Origin: an uncultured virus (IMG/VR IMGVR_UViG_2651869679_000001)
Taxonomy: Duplodnaviria > Heunggongvirae > Uroviricota > Caudoviricetes
IMG/VR virus record: IMGVR_UViG_2651869679_000001
Length of the DNA: 64,000 bases
Reading direction: 5' to 3' (one strand)
Position 1 is the stretch's first letter; the number at the start of each line of letters is the position of its first letter. This document shows, in pieces, positions 50,914 to 60,295 of the stretch. Below the pieces are notes generated by a model. That model was given only the letters and a program-made list of their open reading frames with translations, was not told the DNA's origin and did no database searches. A program made the position numbers and the translations under genes.

Positions 50914-50940
50914 ATTTCTTCACCTCCTATTTTGAGGTAT

Positions 50941-50972
50941 AAAAAAAGAACCGCATAAGCGATTCTTTTTTT
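50941..50972. terminator. Terminator after lipoprotein gene
   Basis: AAAAAAGAA-CCGC-ATAA-GCGA-TTCTTTTTT imperfect stem with T-run. Confidence 0.65.
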
Positions 50973-50983
50973 ATATTATATTT

Positions 50984-51604
50984 TTACTTCAATAAATTTA
51001 TTGCTTTTATTTGTGGTATTCTCTTTAAGAGTATTTCAGCATCTTTATTATTTGGATCTAATCTAGTAGCTTCTTCTAAAAGGATATTAGCTTTATCTAC
51101 GTCTTTTGTTAAATTCCTACGTGCTAATTCAGTTAAAGAAAGACTAGCTAATTGATTTCCTCTTTTCTTACCAAAATATATTTTCCACTCGCCATTATCA
51201 TTTACAACATACATTTTGTGTTCTAGTTTTTGTTCTTTATTTTCATTATCATCATTAATTTCTTCACCTTTTTCAGTAACATTAAATTCTACAATATTCT
51301 TAAATTCTATATCTTCTAGACTCCCTTTAAATTCTTTTACTTTTTCAGCTTTTATGTCTTTTAATTTATATATCTCTTTTTCAGCATTTCTCCATTTGAT
51401 AAAATTTTCTTTTTTAAAGTCTCTTTTACTTTCTTCACATAATAAAGCATAAGATTCCTCTGCATTATTATTTTTCATGTTTTCATAATAAGCATTTAAA
51501 GTTTCTTCAGGTTTTCCTTTTGGAGCACAACCTACTAACGCTATTAATGTAAAAGATAAAATAAGTACAAATAACAATGAAATTTTATTAGATATTTTCT
51601 CCAT
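50984..51604 (-). CDS. Lipoprotein moron (candidate superinfection exclusion)
   Basis: Lipobox LVGC after hydrophobic signal; NTF2-like core (VVNDNGEWKI) and TPR-like tail. Confidence 0.7.
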   Translation of the reverse strand: MEKISNKISLLFVLILSFTLIALVGCAPKGKPEETLNAYYENMKNNNAEESYALLCEESKRDFKKENFIKWRNAEKEIYKLKDIKAEKVKEFKGSLEDIEFKNIVEFNVTEKGEEINDDNENKEQKLEHKMYVVNDNGEWKIYFGKKRGNQLASLSLTELARRNLTKDVDKANILLEEATRLDPNNKDAEILLKRIPQIKAINLLK

Positions 51605-51667
51605 ATAATCCCCTCCAATATGTAAATATATATCAATTATATAATATATATTACAATATTGGAACAC

Positions 51668-51890
51668 CTATCCTAAAAGCATCTTTAATCCTGGATTATC
51701 TTTTCTATATTTGTTTTTAATTTCAAATCGTGGTTTTTCTCCATTCTCTATTCTATATATAAACTCTGTCATAGCCTCATCAATGCAGTAAGCTGCATAC
51801 TCACCTTCAATTCTTAATACCTCACTTGGTGTCTTATGATACATCTTCACCATTGTCATTAGACTTATCATCTTTTGACTTTTTACGAAA
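51668..51890 (-). CDS. Tail assembly chaperone, frameshifted part (gpT-like)
   Basis: +1 frame; FVKSQ...PSEVL..YAAYCIDEA homologous to 17960-18206. Confidence 0.75.
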
Positions 51891-52253
51891 TGGCTCCAAG
51901 GTCTGTACCCCGTGCACTGCAAAATTATATATTATAATTTTTTGTTCATCTGTCATGCCTATAACTTCTTGAACTTCTTTAAATGTTGGTTCAACCATTG
52001 TTGTTTCACAAAATAATTCAGCAAGCTCATTAACAGTTTTTAAACTATCTTCATCTTTTCCTCCTGGGCCTTTTCCTTGAAATAAATCTATTACAGGTCC
52101 CATAAGTGGATTAGGTATCTTACCTTTAGCTGCTAAATCTAATAAATTAACTCTTTGCAATTTAACTGTAAATGTATCTTCTACATCCCATCCAGGTAAT
52201 TCTACTTCTATATATTTTTTAGCTTTTAATTCCTCTATATTTGTTACTGCCAT
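51834..52253 (-). CDS. Tail assembly chaperone (gpG-like)
   Basis: GKIPNPL, MVEPT; between tail tube and TMP. Confidence 0.8.
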   Translation of the reverse strand: MAVTNIEELKAKKYIEVELPGWDVEDTFTVKLQRVNLLDLAAKGKIPNPLMGPVIDLFQGKGPGGKDEDSLKTVNELAELFCETTMVEPTFKEVQEVIGMTDEQKIIIYNFAVHGVQTLEPFRKKSKDDKSNDNGEDVS

Positions 52254-52308
52254 ACTAATTCCTCCTAAAATTTTAATTTAAAAAGAGAGCCTACTATAGC
52301 TCTCGATT

Positions 52309-52935
52309 TTAAGGTTCTTGATTGTCTATAATATTAGATTCTTTTTTACCCTCTTCTATGTCTTGTGGTAATGAATCAACAAATTCTATAGACTTTATAG
52401 GTAATTTAGCTTTAGTATTTTCTCTACATTTAATTTCAAATTCAGGAGCATAAAAATCTTTTTTAAGAGACATTTTAAATGCTTTTCCTGTACATTTGTT
52501 AAATGTTATTTTAGCATAATTTTTTACATCTTCTCCTTCGTAATTTTCTGCATATATTTCTGCCATAAAAGGTTTTATTTTAGAACCTTCTGAAAGCATT
52601 GGTGTGTCATATCCTATAATTTTTGTAGAATCATCTTTATCATAACGAATTATTCCACCTTCTATAAGAGCTGCTACAGCCAATTCAAGAGTTGTATTCT
52701 TAAGTTTTAATTTATAACCATACAATAAGTCTGGTGTGCCCGCAGTAGCTAATATTCTTTCATCATCTCTTAGTTGTTTTTCCTGACCCTGACTTATTTC
52801 TGGATCTATTTCTATTTCACTGTCACATTTTATATTTATTTTTTCCATATCAGTTGATGGTAAGCCTGTTAATTTATTCAGCGGTGTTAGGATAACCTTT
52901 TTAACATTATATAAAATTTCTCCTGTTGTACTCAT
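52309..52935 (-). CDS. Major tail protein
   Basis: 208 aa; homologous to 18592-19479. Confidence 0.8.
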   Translation of the reverse strand: MSTTGEILYNVKKVILTPLNKLTGLPSTDMEKINIKCDSEIEIDPEISQGQEKQLRDDERILATAGTPDLLYGYKLKLKNTTLELAVAALIEGGIIRYDKDDSTKIIGYDTPMLSEGSKIKPFMAEIYAENYEGEDVKNYAKITFNKCTGKAFKMSLKKDFYAPEFEIKCRENTKAKLPIKSIEFVDSLPQDIEEGKKESNIIDNQEP

Positions 52936-53273
52936 TAAATTACCTCCTTCGGTATTTTGTATTTTAATCTTCTAAAGTAAGCTTTCTTTTCATCTTCTAT
53001 AATTTCTGGTGTAATATCACCTGTAAATTCTAATTTTTCATTTAAGGTTCTCTGGGCCTTATCTAACATTTCATCAAGTACAGTTATGTCTCCTAAAGGA
53101 GCGTATAAAAAAACATGAACAAACTGCCAACCACATTGACTGTTATTCATGCTTCCTAATTGATTTTCAAATTTTAAAACCACATAAGGTTCTATACATT
53201 CCCCTTCATGTTCTCCTATTGCATAGCAAGAGTAAAGAGGGTCCAATATATCAAATATCTCTTTTCTTGTCAT
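52935..53273 (-). CDS. Tail terminator-like protein
   Basis: EPYVVLK, ITPEII; position. Confidence 0.65.
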   Translation of the reverse strand: MTRKEIFDILDPLYSCYAIGEHEGECIEPYVVLKFENQLGSMNNSQCGWQFVHVFLYAPLGDITVLDEMLDKAQRTLNEKLEFTGDITPEIIEDEKKAYFRRLKYKIPKEVI

Positions 53274-53647
53274 TAAATCACTCCTACTGATTGGACTATT
53301 TTCTTCCATCCTTCCATAAACTGAGGAGCAAACTCTTGTATAGCCCTTTCAAGTATTGCATATTTACCTTCATTGCATAATTCAAGATAGACTCCATAAT
53401 CTACTTGATGGCTTAATGCAACCATTAATGTATTTGTATTTGTCCATTTTACAGTGGCTGTTAAAAATAACCTTGCGTGAGCCGTTCTATCCGTCCATAC
53501 TACATTTTCTTTAGCCCATTTTTCCATATTCATTGCTATATTTTGAGCATCTAGTGCAAGAGCTGCTTTAAGCTTTGGAGTAAATTCTTTTAATTTTTTC
53601 ATAGCTTCATCTAATCCATGCATTTCTAGTTTACAACCATCAGCCAT
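53273..53647 (-). CDS. HK97 gp10-like protein
   Basis: WTDRTAHAR, YGVYLEL..EGKYAIL. Confidence 0.8.
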   Translation of the reverse strand: MADGCKLEMHGLDEAMKKLKEFTPKLKAALALDAQNIAMNMEKWAKENVVWTDRTAHARLFLTATVKWTNTNTLMVALSHQVDYGVYLELCNEGKYAILERAIQEFAPQFMEGWKKIVQSVGVI

Positions 53648-54005
53648 TCTTAATCACTTCCAAATCGCTATTATAGACATCCTTAATAATCATTCCTGGA
53701 TAAGTTACTATATATTTATAACCATTAGCTTCAAAGTAATCTCCCTCTTTTATTTCTATTCCTTCAGTTACTGCAAACATTGAAATACCTCTAGTTCTTT
53801 TAACAGTTCCAGATTCTTTTACATTATCTAAAATTAAATTATGCTTAGTATCATCAAGGAATATATCTAATTTTGCTACTTTATTGGGCTTTTCTGCGCC
53901 ACCCCTCATACCGTTACTTTTTTTTATATTTCTCATAAGAATTATATGTGTTGGGTTTTTAGATATACTCTTCTTAGCCTGCAATTTTATTCTTTCCTCA
54001 TTCAT
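53640..54005 (-). CDS. Head closure/stopper protein
   Basis: IKEGDYF..NGYKY; position. Confidence 0.65.
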   Translation of the reverse strand: MNEERIKLQAKKSISKNPTHIILMRNIKKSNGMRGGAEKPNKVAKLDIFLDDTKHNLILDNVKESGTVKRTRGISMFAVTEGIEIKEGDYFEANGYKYIVTYPGMIIKDVYNSDLEVIKNG

Positions 54006-54283
54006 TGGCCATCAACTCTTTTCATTGATGTATTATACTTATATGTTTCTTTAGGTTTAAAACTATCTGCTAAAGTAAGCCAATAATTCCTATTAGATTC
54101 TGTCTTTAATGGCCCTAGATTAACACCATCATCAGCCTGAGCTTTCATAATACAGCCTTGGTAGCTAGCCTTTTTAATATCACTATCATTATTTTCTAAT
54201 AACATTTCAAGTTCTTCATCTGAGAAATAAGGAAATTGCCTTTCCTGAAGATTAAACTTTAAAACATGCAAAGGTGTGCCCAT
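54002..54283 (-). CDS. Head-tail adaptor
   Basis: YFSDEELEMLL motif; position after capsid. Confidence 0.75.
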   Translation of the reverse strand: MGTPLHVLKFNLQERQFPYFSDEELEMLLENNDSDIKKASYQGCIMKAQADDGVNLGPLKTESNRNYWLTLADSFKPKETYKYNTSMKRVDGQ

Positions 54284-54285
54284 AA

Positions 54286-54495
54286 TTATTCACCTTCCTT
54301 AGCTGATTCTCCTATTTCTTCTTCATTTTCCTCTGGTAATTCTTCTAAAAGTTCAATATGTTCTTTTTCAATCATATCTAATGCATCTTCTATTCTAACC
54401 TTTAATTCATTACCTATCTTAAAACAATCTTTATCATATTTTAAGTTTACTAAAGCTTTGGCCTTTACTGTTTTTTTATTTGCCATATTAATCAT
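54286..54495 (-). CDS. Small head-associated protein
   Basis: 69 aa after capsid gene, acidic tail. Confidence 0.6.
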   Translation of the reverse strand: MINMANKKTVKAKALVNLKYDKDCFKIGNELKVRIEDALDMIEKEHIELLEELPEENEEEIGESAKEGE

Positions 54496-54538
54496 CCTTC
54501 CTGTTTAAAATCTAAAAGAGTGGCTAAAGTAACCACTC

Positions 54539-55573
54539 TTAGTTAACTGTAGCAAAGAAACATTCATCAGCACGCTCGAAACTTGGCATACCTAATTGAG
54601 ATACCTTTGTTTGCACTGTTACCGGATCATCCTTTTTCATTGACATGATAGCTATTCCCGTTCTTACTATTTCAACATTTGAACCTTGAGAGAACATCTT
54701 ATCTGCCTCTTCTGGAGTCGTCCCATAATAGGTCGCTCCTAATGTTCCTGTAGGTATTAATGTAAATTTGCCACTTGGAAAGTAAGGTTGTTCACTGCCA
54801 TCTTCTAATTTATAAGAACCACTTACTTCAGCTAATGTTATACCTGTTTTCTTTTTTATATATTCTTTAATTTCATCATCTGAAGCTAAGTAATTTGGGT
54901 TTTGTGGCCATCCTGATTTAACTATATTTTTATTAGCTGTAATCCATCCAAATGTAGTTGCATCTAATACTGCCCTATCTACAATATAACCTTCGTTTTT
55001 CATTAATCTTTTCCATCTAATCATATCTAAAATAGGATTTGAATTAATAGTATCTGACCATTTAGCAGTACCAGCTAATACTTCTTTATGTTTTTCAGAA
55101 ACACCAAAATCAAATACAACATCTCCATCCTCAGAAACAATAGAAATTACTCCTGCATCAGAAAGTAACTGCATTCTCATTCTTTCCATTTGCATATCTC
55201 CACCATCTACAAGATCCTTGTAATTATCAAAAATTTTAGTAATGATCATATCAATAACATTTTTATTTTGAGCCTGTGTAGCTAGTAATAAGTCTTGTCT
55301 ATCTTTTTCATTAACAAGCACTGATTCTTTAAAAAATGGCATTTGTTTAGTAACTTCATCTACTTGTGCTTTTAATGCTCTAATTTTTACTGCTACATCA
55401 AAAGCAGATTGTTTTAATACAACTGGTTTTTTCTTTGCACCTTTAATATATTTTAATTCCATTCCTAATTGTTTTTTTCTAGGGAAAAGAGCTTCACCTA
55501 TTACTACTTCTGGTGGAAGCTCTTTAATATAAGTTGCTATTTCTTTTACGTTTATAATATCTCTCCAATCCAT
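54539..55573 (-). CDS. Major capsid protein (phage capsid E family)
   Basis: GEALFP, MPFFKE, NPILDM, YGTTPEE, DPVTVQT. Confidence 0.9.
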   Translation of the reverse strand: MDWRDIINVKEIATYIKELPPEVVIGEALFPRKKQLGMELKYIKGAKKKPVVLKQSAFDVAVKIRALKAQVDEVTKQMPFFKESVLVNEKDRQDLLLATQAQNKNVIDMIITKIFDNYKDLVDGGDMQMERMRMQLLSDAGVISIVSEDGDVVFDFGVSEKHKEVLAGTAKWSDTINSNPILDMIRWKRLMKNEGYIVDRAVLDATTFGWITANKNIVKSGWPQNPNYLASDDEIKEYIKKKTGITLAEVSGSYKLEDGSEQPYFPSGKFTLIPTGTLGATYYGTTPEEADKMFSQGSNVEIVRTGIAIMSMKKDDPVTVQTKVSQLGMPSFERADECFFATVN

Positions 55574-55593
55574 TTACTCATTCCTCCTTCTAA

Positions 55594-55950
55594 TTATAAA
55601 AATATAAGCATCTTCATAGCTGTTTTAGCTTCTGATGAAACAGTTTCAGGTAATGTTGATTCTTTTATAAATCCAAAAATAGTTACTGGAACAGTCTCTG
55701 TACCATGTGAATATGTTAAATTTATATCCCTATAAACTAATCCAAAAGCCTTATCATTTGTAACTGTGGATCCATCAACTATTTTGCCATCTTTACTTAT
55801 TACTGTACCTGCCTTAAGTATTCTTTTACCTTCTACTTCTTTTACATCAGTTTTTTTAACCTTTACCATTGCATTTTGAAATAATTCCCCTGCGAATTGT
55901 AATATTGTTTTGTTTTCGCCCATGTAAGATTGGCTTCTTTCAATACTCAT
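55594..55950 (-). CDS. Head decoration protein
   Basis: GKRILKAGTVI; between scaffold and capsid. Confidence 0.7.
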   Translation of the reverse strand: MSIERSQSYMGENKTILQFAGELFQNAMVKVKKTDVKEVEGKRILKAGTVISKDGKIVDGSTVTNDKAFGLVYRDINLTYSHGTETVPVTIFGFIKESTLPETVSSEAKTAMKMLIFL

Positions 55951-55963
55951 ATCTTTCTACCTC

Positions 55964-56602
55964 CTATGAAAAAAATTTATTTTGTGCTTCTGTTACTTTT
56001 GTAGCTTCTGTTCTTTCTTTAGCTAAGCGAGCACCTAAACTTAACTTTCCTTCATCAGTATCAATTACAGAAGATGAATCACCTCCTATATTTCCAGTAC
56101 CTCCTGGAGTTTCTGTTTCAAATAAATAAACATCACTTTCTTTCAAAGTTTTAATCTGTTCATCTAATCCTATGAAGGTATCATCAACAAGTTTTACTTT
56201 ATCCATGTCTAAAAGAGCTCTTAAAGCTTTAGGATTCTTAGCTTTATATCCAGTTATAGCTTTTTCAAACTTAGTATCAAAATTAATCTGATTAAGTTTA
56301 GCTTCATAATCCTTAGTTGTTTTTTCATTATCAGCTTTAAGAATTTCTATTTCTTGTGAAAGTTCTTCACTATCTTTTGCTTTATCCTTTAAATCATTAA
56401 GCTGCTTATCTCTATCTTTTAATTGTTTTTTATACTCTTTGATGGAGTTATTTGCTGTATCTAATTCTGACTTTTCTATATACTTGCTTCCTTTTTTAGA
56501 ATCAACTAAAAGCACATTATCTTTATCTTTTGAAATTTTATCATAAGCTTTCTCTCCTTCTTCATCTCCTAATACTTTCTTTAAATATTCCAATAATCCC
56601 AT
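55964..56602 (-). CDS. Capsid scaffolding protein
   Basis: Coiled coil, AKNPKALRALLD, GLDEQI..LKES..YLF. Confidence 0.85.
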   Translation of the reverse strand: MGLLEYLKKVLGDEEGEKAYDKISKDKDNVLLVDSKKGSKYIEKSELDTANNSIKEYKKQLKDRDKQLNDLKDKAKDSEELSQEIEILKADNEKTTKDYEAKLNQINFDTKFEKAITGYKAKNPKALRALLDMDKVKLVDDTFIGLDEQIKTLKESDVYLFETETPGGTGNIGGDSSSVIDTDEGKLSLGARLAKERTEATKVTEAQNKFFS

Positions 56603-56647
56603 AATTGCTTACCTCCCATTTTAATTAAAATAAAAAAAGCCTTATTA

Positions 56648-56788
56648 CTAAGACTTTATATCCATATCTTTATTTTGCTGTATTCTATCTTTTTTATCTA
56701 ATATTAATCTAGTATCAATAAAATTTATAAAGCTTAAAATTACTACAGTTATACATATTATTAATGTTACTTGTACTGATGTATTCAA
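56648..56788 (-). CDS. 46-aa single-TM small protein
   Basis: AGGAGG RBS, TTG start; MNTSVQVTLIICITVVILSFINF... Confidence 0.5.
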   Translation of the reverse strand: MNTSVQVTLIICITVVILSFINFIDTRLILDKKDRIQQNKDMDIKS

Positions 56789-56842
56789 ACATATTTCCTC
56801 CTTGTTTTTAAACAAAATAATAATACATAGAATTACTAAGAG

Positions 56843-57148
56843 TTATCTGGCATTTATTTTATTCATCTCCCTTTTGAATTCTTCTTGAATATTATCTATC
56901 TTTTCATCTTGTAGTATTACATCTATACTATTAGTAATTGAAAATTTATTTTTAATCTCAACTTCCATCTTTCCTTTTAATGCTCTACACTTAGAATTCA
57001 TAACACAAACCAAATGTTTTTTATTACACTTAGGACATTCATAATATACTTCCGTATACATTGCTCCTAAATATTTCTCTTTAAGTTTGTTTTGTGACAT
57101 TTCAAATTCTCTTTTACAGCTGTCACATATTACTTTCACTACATACAC
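56843..57148 (-). CDS. Zn-ribbon phage protein
   Basis: CDSC...CPKC. Confidence 0.7.
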   Translation of the reverse strand: MYVVKVICDSCKREFEMSQNKLKEKYLGAMYTEVYYECPKCNKKHLVCVMNSKCRALKGKMEVEIKNKFSITNSIDVILQDEKIDNIQEEFKREMNKINAR

Positions 57149-57199
57149 CCCATTTTTAACATAATAAAAGCACCTACTACTTTATTTAGTAAGTGCCTT

Positions 57200-57367
57200 T
57201 TAAATTATCTTTTTATTTTCTTTATAAGCTTCTCTAGCTTCTTTCAATGTCATTTTATTAGGTCCTGCTAAATCATTTTCTTTTTCCTTTGGGCCATTGT
57301 TTTGCCATCCGCAATTATCACAAATATCAAAAATATCTACTTCTTTAGAACATACCGGACACTTCAT
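57200..57367 (-). CDS. Cys-rich CPCC-type protein, candidate immunity to MuF toxin
   Basis: MKCPVC...FDICDNCGWQN....GPN.MTLKEAREAY, 55 aa, AGGAGG RBS, below ORF-track cutoff. Confidence 0.75.
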   Translation of the reverse strand: MKCPVCSKEVDIFDICDNCGWQNNGPKEKENDLAGPNKMTLKEAREAYKENKKII

Positions 57368-57369
57368 AT

Positions 57370-58701
57370 CTAATCCTCCTTTTTATATTTCTTTATTTCT
57401 TCTAACCACTGGTCATATCCTTTTATAGGTTTATAAAGGGTAGAAATATAACCATCAGCTCTACCTATTGCAAAATCATTTGTACTTTTTTTATATTTAA
57501 ATACAAACCCTAATTCACTTATAAAACCTTCAACATCTTTACTTAAAGGTTCTGCTAATAAATTTCTAGCAATATTCAAATATTCTTTTTCTGTAATTGT
57601 GCCATATTCATTCAAATGTTTTTCTATATGTCTATTAAATTTCTTTTCACTAGAAAAATTAGATTCTAACCATTTCTTATTATCTATTATACCACTATTT
57701 CCCTCTTTTGATGCAACTAATCCATTAAAAATTTTCGGATAACTTCTTTCTATGCCAAATTCCTCTCCATAATTTTCTATCCATTTATCTAATTTAGGAT
57801 TACTTTCTCCAGTTATCCAATCTATCAGCTCATTTCTAGCTTTATTTATGTCAGCAACATCCTGAGTAGGATAACATAAACAATTAGGATGTCCAATCGG
57901 CAGCTTATCCGGTGGATAAATACCTGCTCCTAAATCATATATATCTTGAATAGCATAAGTATCACATATATCAGTCTTACCATTCATTCTAGTAAAATGA
58001 CTAGGACTTAAATTCCACTTTAATCCCCTACAAAAAGGATTCATTTTTGAACCTTGTACATATGTTTCAGTATTAGCATGGGCTAAGGCTGTTCTGGATA
58101 ATCTTTGTGCTTGATATGAAATATTCTTACTCATACCTGTTTCTAAAGTTTTAGCTTCAATTCTTTTATATGGATTAATATATTTATCCAGTTCCTTAGC
58201 TAATTCTCTAGCATTGGCACCTTTAGCTACATTAATTTTTATAAGAGTATCAATATCCTTTGAATTTTTTTTAGTTATATTCCAAATCCTCTTATCCAGT
58301 GTTTTACCATCTTCATAGTAATTACCATTTATAAGCTGCTTAGTAATATTAGATGGCAACTGAGTAAACATTTTATCAAAGGTACTCTTTATATCCTGCA
58401 TAGGAACTATTGCATCTAAATAGCTTAACTGTACAGCGCTAGCTATTTGAGAGCTTGCTTCTATACTATCTTTAATGGATTTACTTAAGTTAGTTCTTAA
58501 CTCTAATACATATCTATCAATAGATTTATCTAATTCATTTAAATACCTAGAAGTTATGCCTCCTGGATTAGATTTTGCAAATCTTTGAATTATATATCTA
58601 CTAGCCCTTTCATATATTTCTAAAAGTTCCCTTTCCTGTTTCTGGACCAATTTAAGAAACTCTTTTCTTCCTTGAATTACCTTACGTTGATACTCATTCA
58701 T
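57370..58701 (-). CDS. MuF/gp7 minor head protein with C-terminal toxin-like extension
   Basis: AQRLSRT, HPNCLC MuF motif; C-terminal F....F.RH..KH..EYG....EYL..A domain. Confidence 0.8.
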   Translation of the reverse strand: MNEYQRKVIQGRKEFLKLVQKQERELLEIYERASRYIIQRFAKSNPGGITSRYLNELDKSIDRYVLELRTNLSKSIKDSIEASSQIASAVQLSYLDAIVPMQDIKSTFDKMFTQLPSNITKQLINGNYYEDGKTLDKRIWNITKKNSKDIDTLIKINVAKGANARELAKELDKYINPYKRIEAKTLETGMSKNISYQAQRLSRTALAHANTETYVQGSKMNPFCRGLKWNLSPSHFTRMNGKTDICDTYAIQDIYDLGAGIYPPDKLPIGHPNCLCYPTQDVADINKARNELIDWITGESNPKLDKWIENYGEEFGIERSYPKIFNGLVASKEGNSGIIDNKKWLESNFSSEKKFNRHIEKHLNEYGTITEKEYLNIARNLLAEPLSKDVEGFISELGFVFKYKKSTNDFAIGRADGYISTLYKPIKGYDQWLEEIKKYKKED

Positions 58702-58835
58702 TTTTTACTACCAACAAATGTTAAACTTACTATAGCTCCTATAATAAATCCTGCACACCCCTGCCATTCTAATGGTACATCATGAAAAAATAATACTATA
58801 AATAGTAATAATCCGCCTCTTATGAAATATCTCAT
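58698..58835 (-). CDS. 45-aa two-TM small protein
   Basis: ATGA overlaps with portal stop and MuF start; MRYFIRGGLLLFIVLFFH... Confidence 0.55.
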   Translation of the reverse strand: MRYFIRGGLLLFIVLFFHDVPLEWQGCAGFIIGAIVSLTFVGSKK

Positions 58836-60295
58836 ATATTCACCTCTTCATCAGTTGCAGCTTTAACAAATTGGTCCTGCTCTGCTGCATTGATAGTTGT
58901 TATATCTTCTATAACTTCATTAAAGTGTTCTTCATAATCTTCATCATTAGAGAAATCTTTAATATAACTTCTATGGCTCCTTACATTAGTATTAACCTCT
59001 TCTAATGCCAGCTTTTTCTTATCTTCTTCATCTTCAGGGATAGGATAGCGCTTATCTAGAACTATAGAATACTCTAATTTATCCCATTCTGACTTCCATA
59101 GCTCATAGCATTTAAACTTACTGCAAGCTTCTACTAATAATCTAAGCATACTCCTAATGTTAGGTTCCCAATCATGCCATTTTTCTTCACTTCTAGCTAT
59201 TAAATCATTATATATATATTTAATAGTTTTTGCTGAAGGTACATTTTTAAGTCTATCATCAGTAGGTATGCTTAATTTGTCATGCATACTTTTATCTAAA
59301 ATATCAAGAAACATTTTAACTGGTTCAGCATTACTAAATGAACTTTCAACTCTTTGAGCTGAAGCTTGTTTCCCATCTATACTAACTAGAGCCATTAATG
59401 CATTAGGAGCTATTCTACAAGCATTCACTGTTTCCTCTGTAGCATCTATTACAACCGTCTGCCCAAACATTAAGAACCTTAGAGCATCGTTAAAATCTGA
59501 TAGTCTTTGGTTATAACTATTTTGTAGTGGTTTTAAATCCGTAATATCACTTTTACCATTTTTGTTCATTAAGTCCTGCTCGTTAATCAGTATCCAGCAA
59601 GGTATCTTAGTTAATTTTGTATCTATAGTTTTTGTTTCTATCGGATTTTCTAAATCTAAATTGTTAAATGTTTCTATAGTTAATAAACATGTTTCTTCTA
59701 AACTTTTTTTACTCGCCTTTCCCATTTCGTAAGTATATCTATTCCATATCTCAGTAGTATCTGTTTTTTCTTTTAATCTAACAAATGTAACTGACAAAAG
59801 TTTTCTTGAGTCTTTTGGATCTAGCTCATAATTAAAGTCATTTACATCATGGTAGTATAATCTTATGCTTTCTTCAGGATTGGCTTCCATTCTTAAAAGT
59901 ACTCTTTTAGTTACGGTTGCTAATCTAAAAGCTTTCATTGTTTCACTCCAAAACTGGCTACCATTAAGAATATCATCTATAAATACTCTTAATTCTTCGC
60001 ATGTACTTTTATCTTTACTATCCCTTGGCTTAAATAATAAAACAGGCTCTTTCCCCAAAAAGAAACGTGCCTGCTTATGAATTAATGGCTTTATTTTATT
60101 ATCTATAACTTGTGAAGGAACATAATCCAAATCATCAGCATTTATCCAGCTTTGGCCTAATAAAGTTTTATCTAATAAGGCTTTATCTTTATCAATTACT
60201 GCACCATGATAAAAATAATAATCTGCTTTAATTTTCTCTAATTCTTTCTTTTGATCATTAGTAAATTTTAATAAAGTTTGTTTTATATCAGCCAT
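58832..60295 (-). CDS. Portal protein (SPP1 gp6-like)
   Basis: 487 aa after terL; GKSDITDL..LQ..YN...SD. Confidence 0.88.
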   Translation of the reverse strand: MADIKQTLLKFTNDQKKELEKIKADYYFYHGAVIDKDKALLDKTLLGQSWINADDLDYVPSQVIDNKIKPLIHKQARFFLGKEPVLLFKPRDSKDKSTCEELRVFIDDILNGSQFWSETMKAFRLATVTKRVLLRMEANPEESIRLYYHDVNDFNYELDPKDSRKLLSVTFVRLKEKTDTTEIWNRYTYEMGKASKKSLEETCLLTIETFNNLDLENPIETKTIDTKLTKIPCWILINEQDLMNKNGKSDITDLKPLQNSYNQRLSDFNDALRFLMFGQTVVIDATEETVNACRIAPNALMALVSIDGKQASAQRVESSFSNAEPVKMFLDILDKSMHDKLSIPTDDRLKNVPSAKTIKYIYNDLIARSEEKWHDWEPNIRSMLRLLVEACSKFKCYELWKSEWDKLEYSIVLDKRYPIPEDEEDKKKLALEEVNTNVRSHRSYIKDFSNDEDYEEHFNEVIEDITTINAAEQDQFVKAATDEEVNI

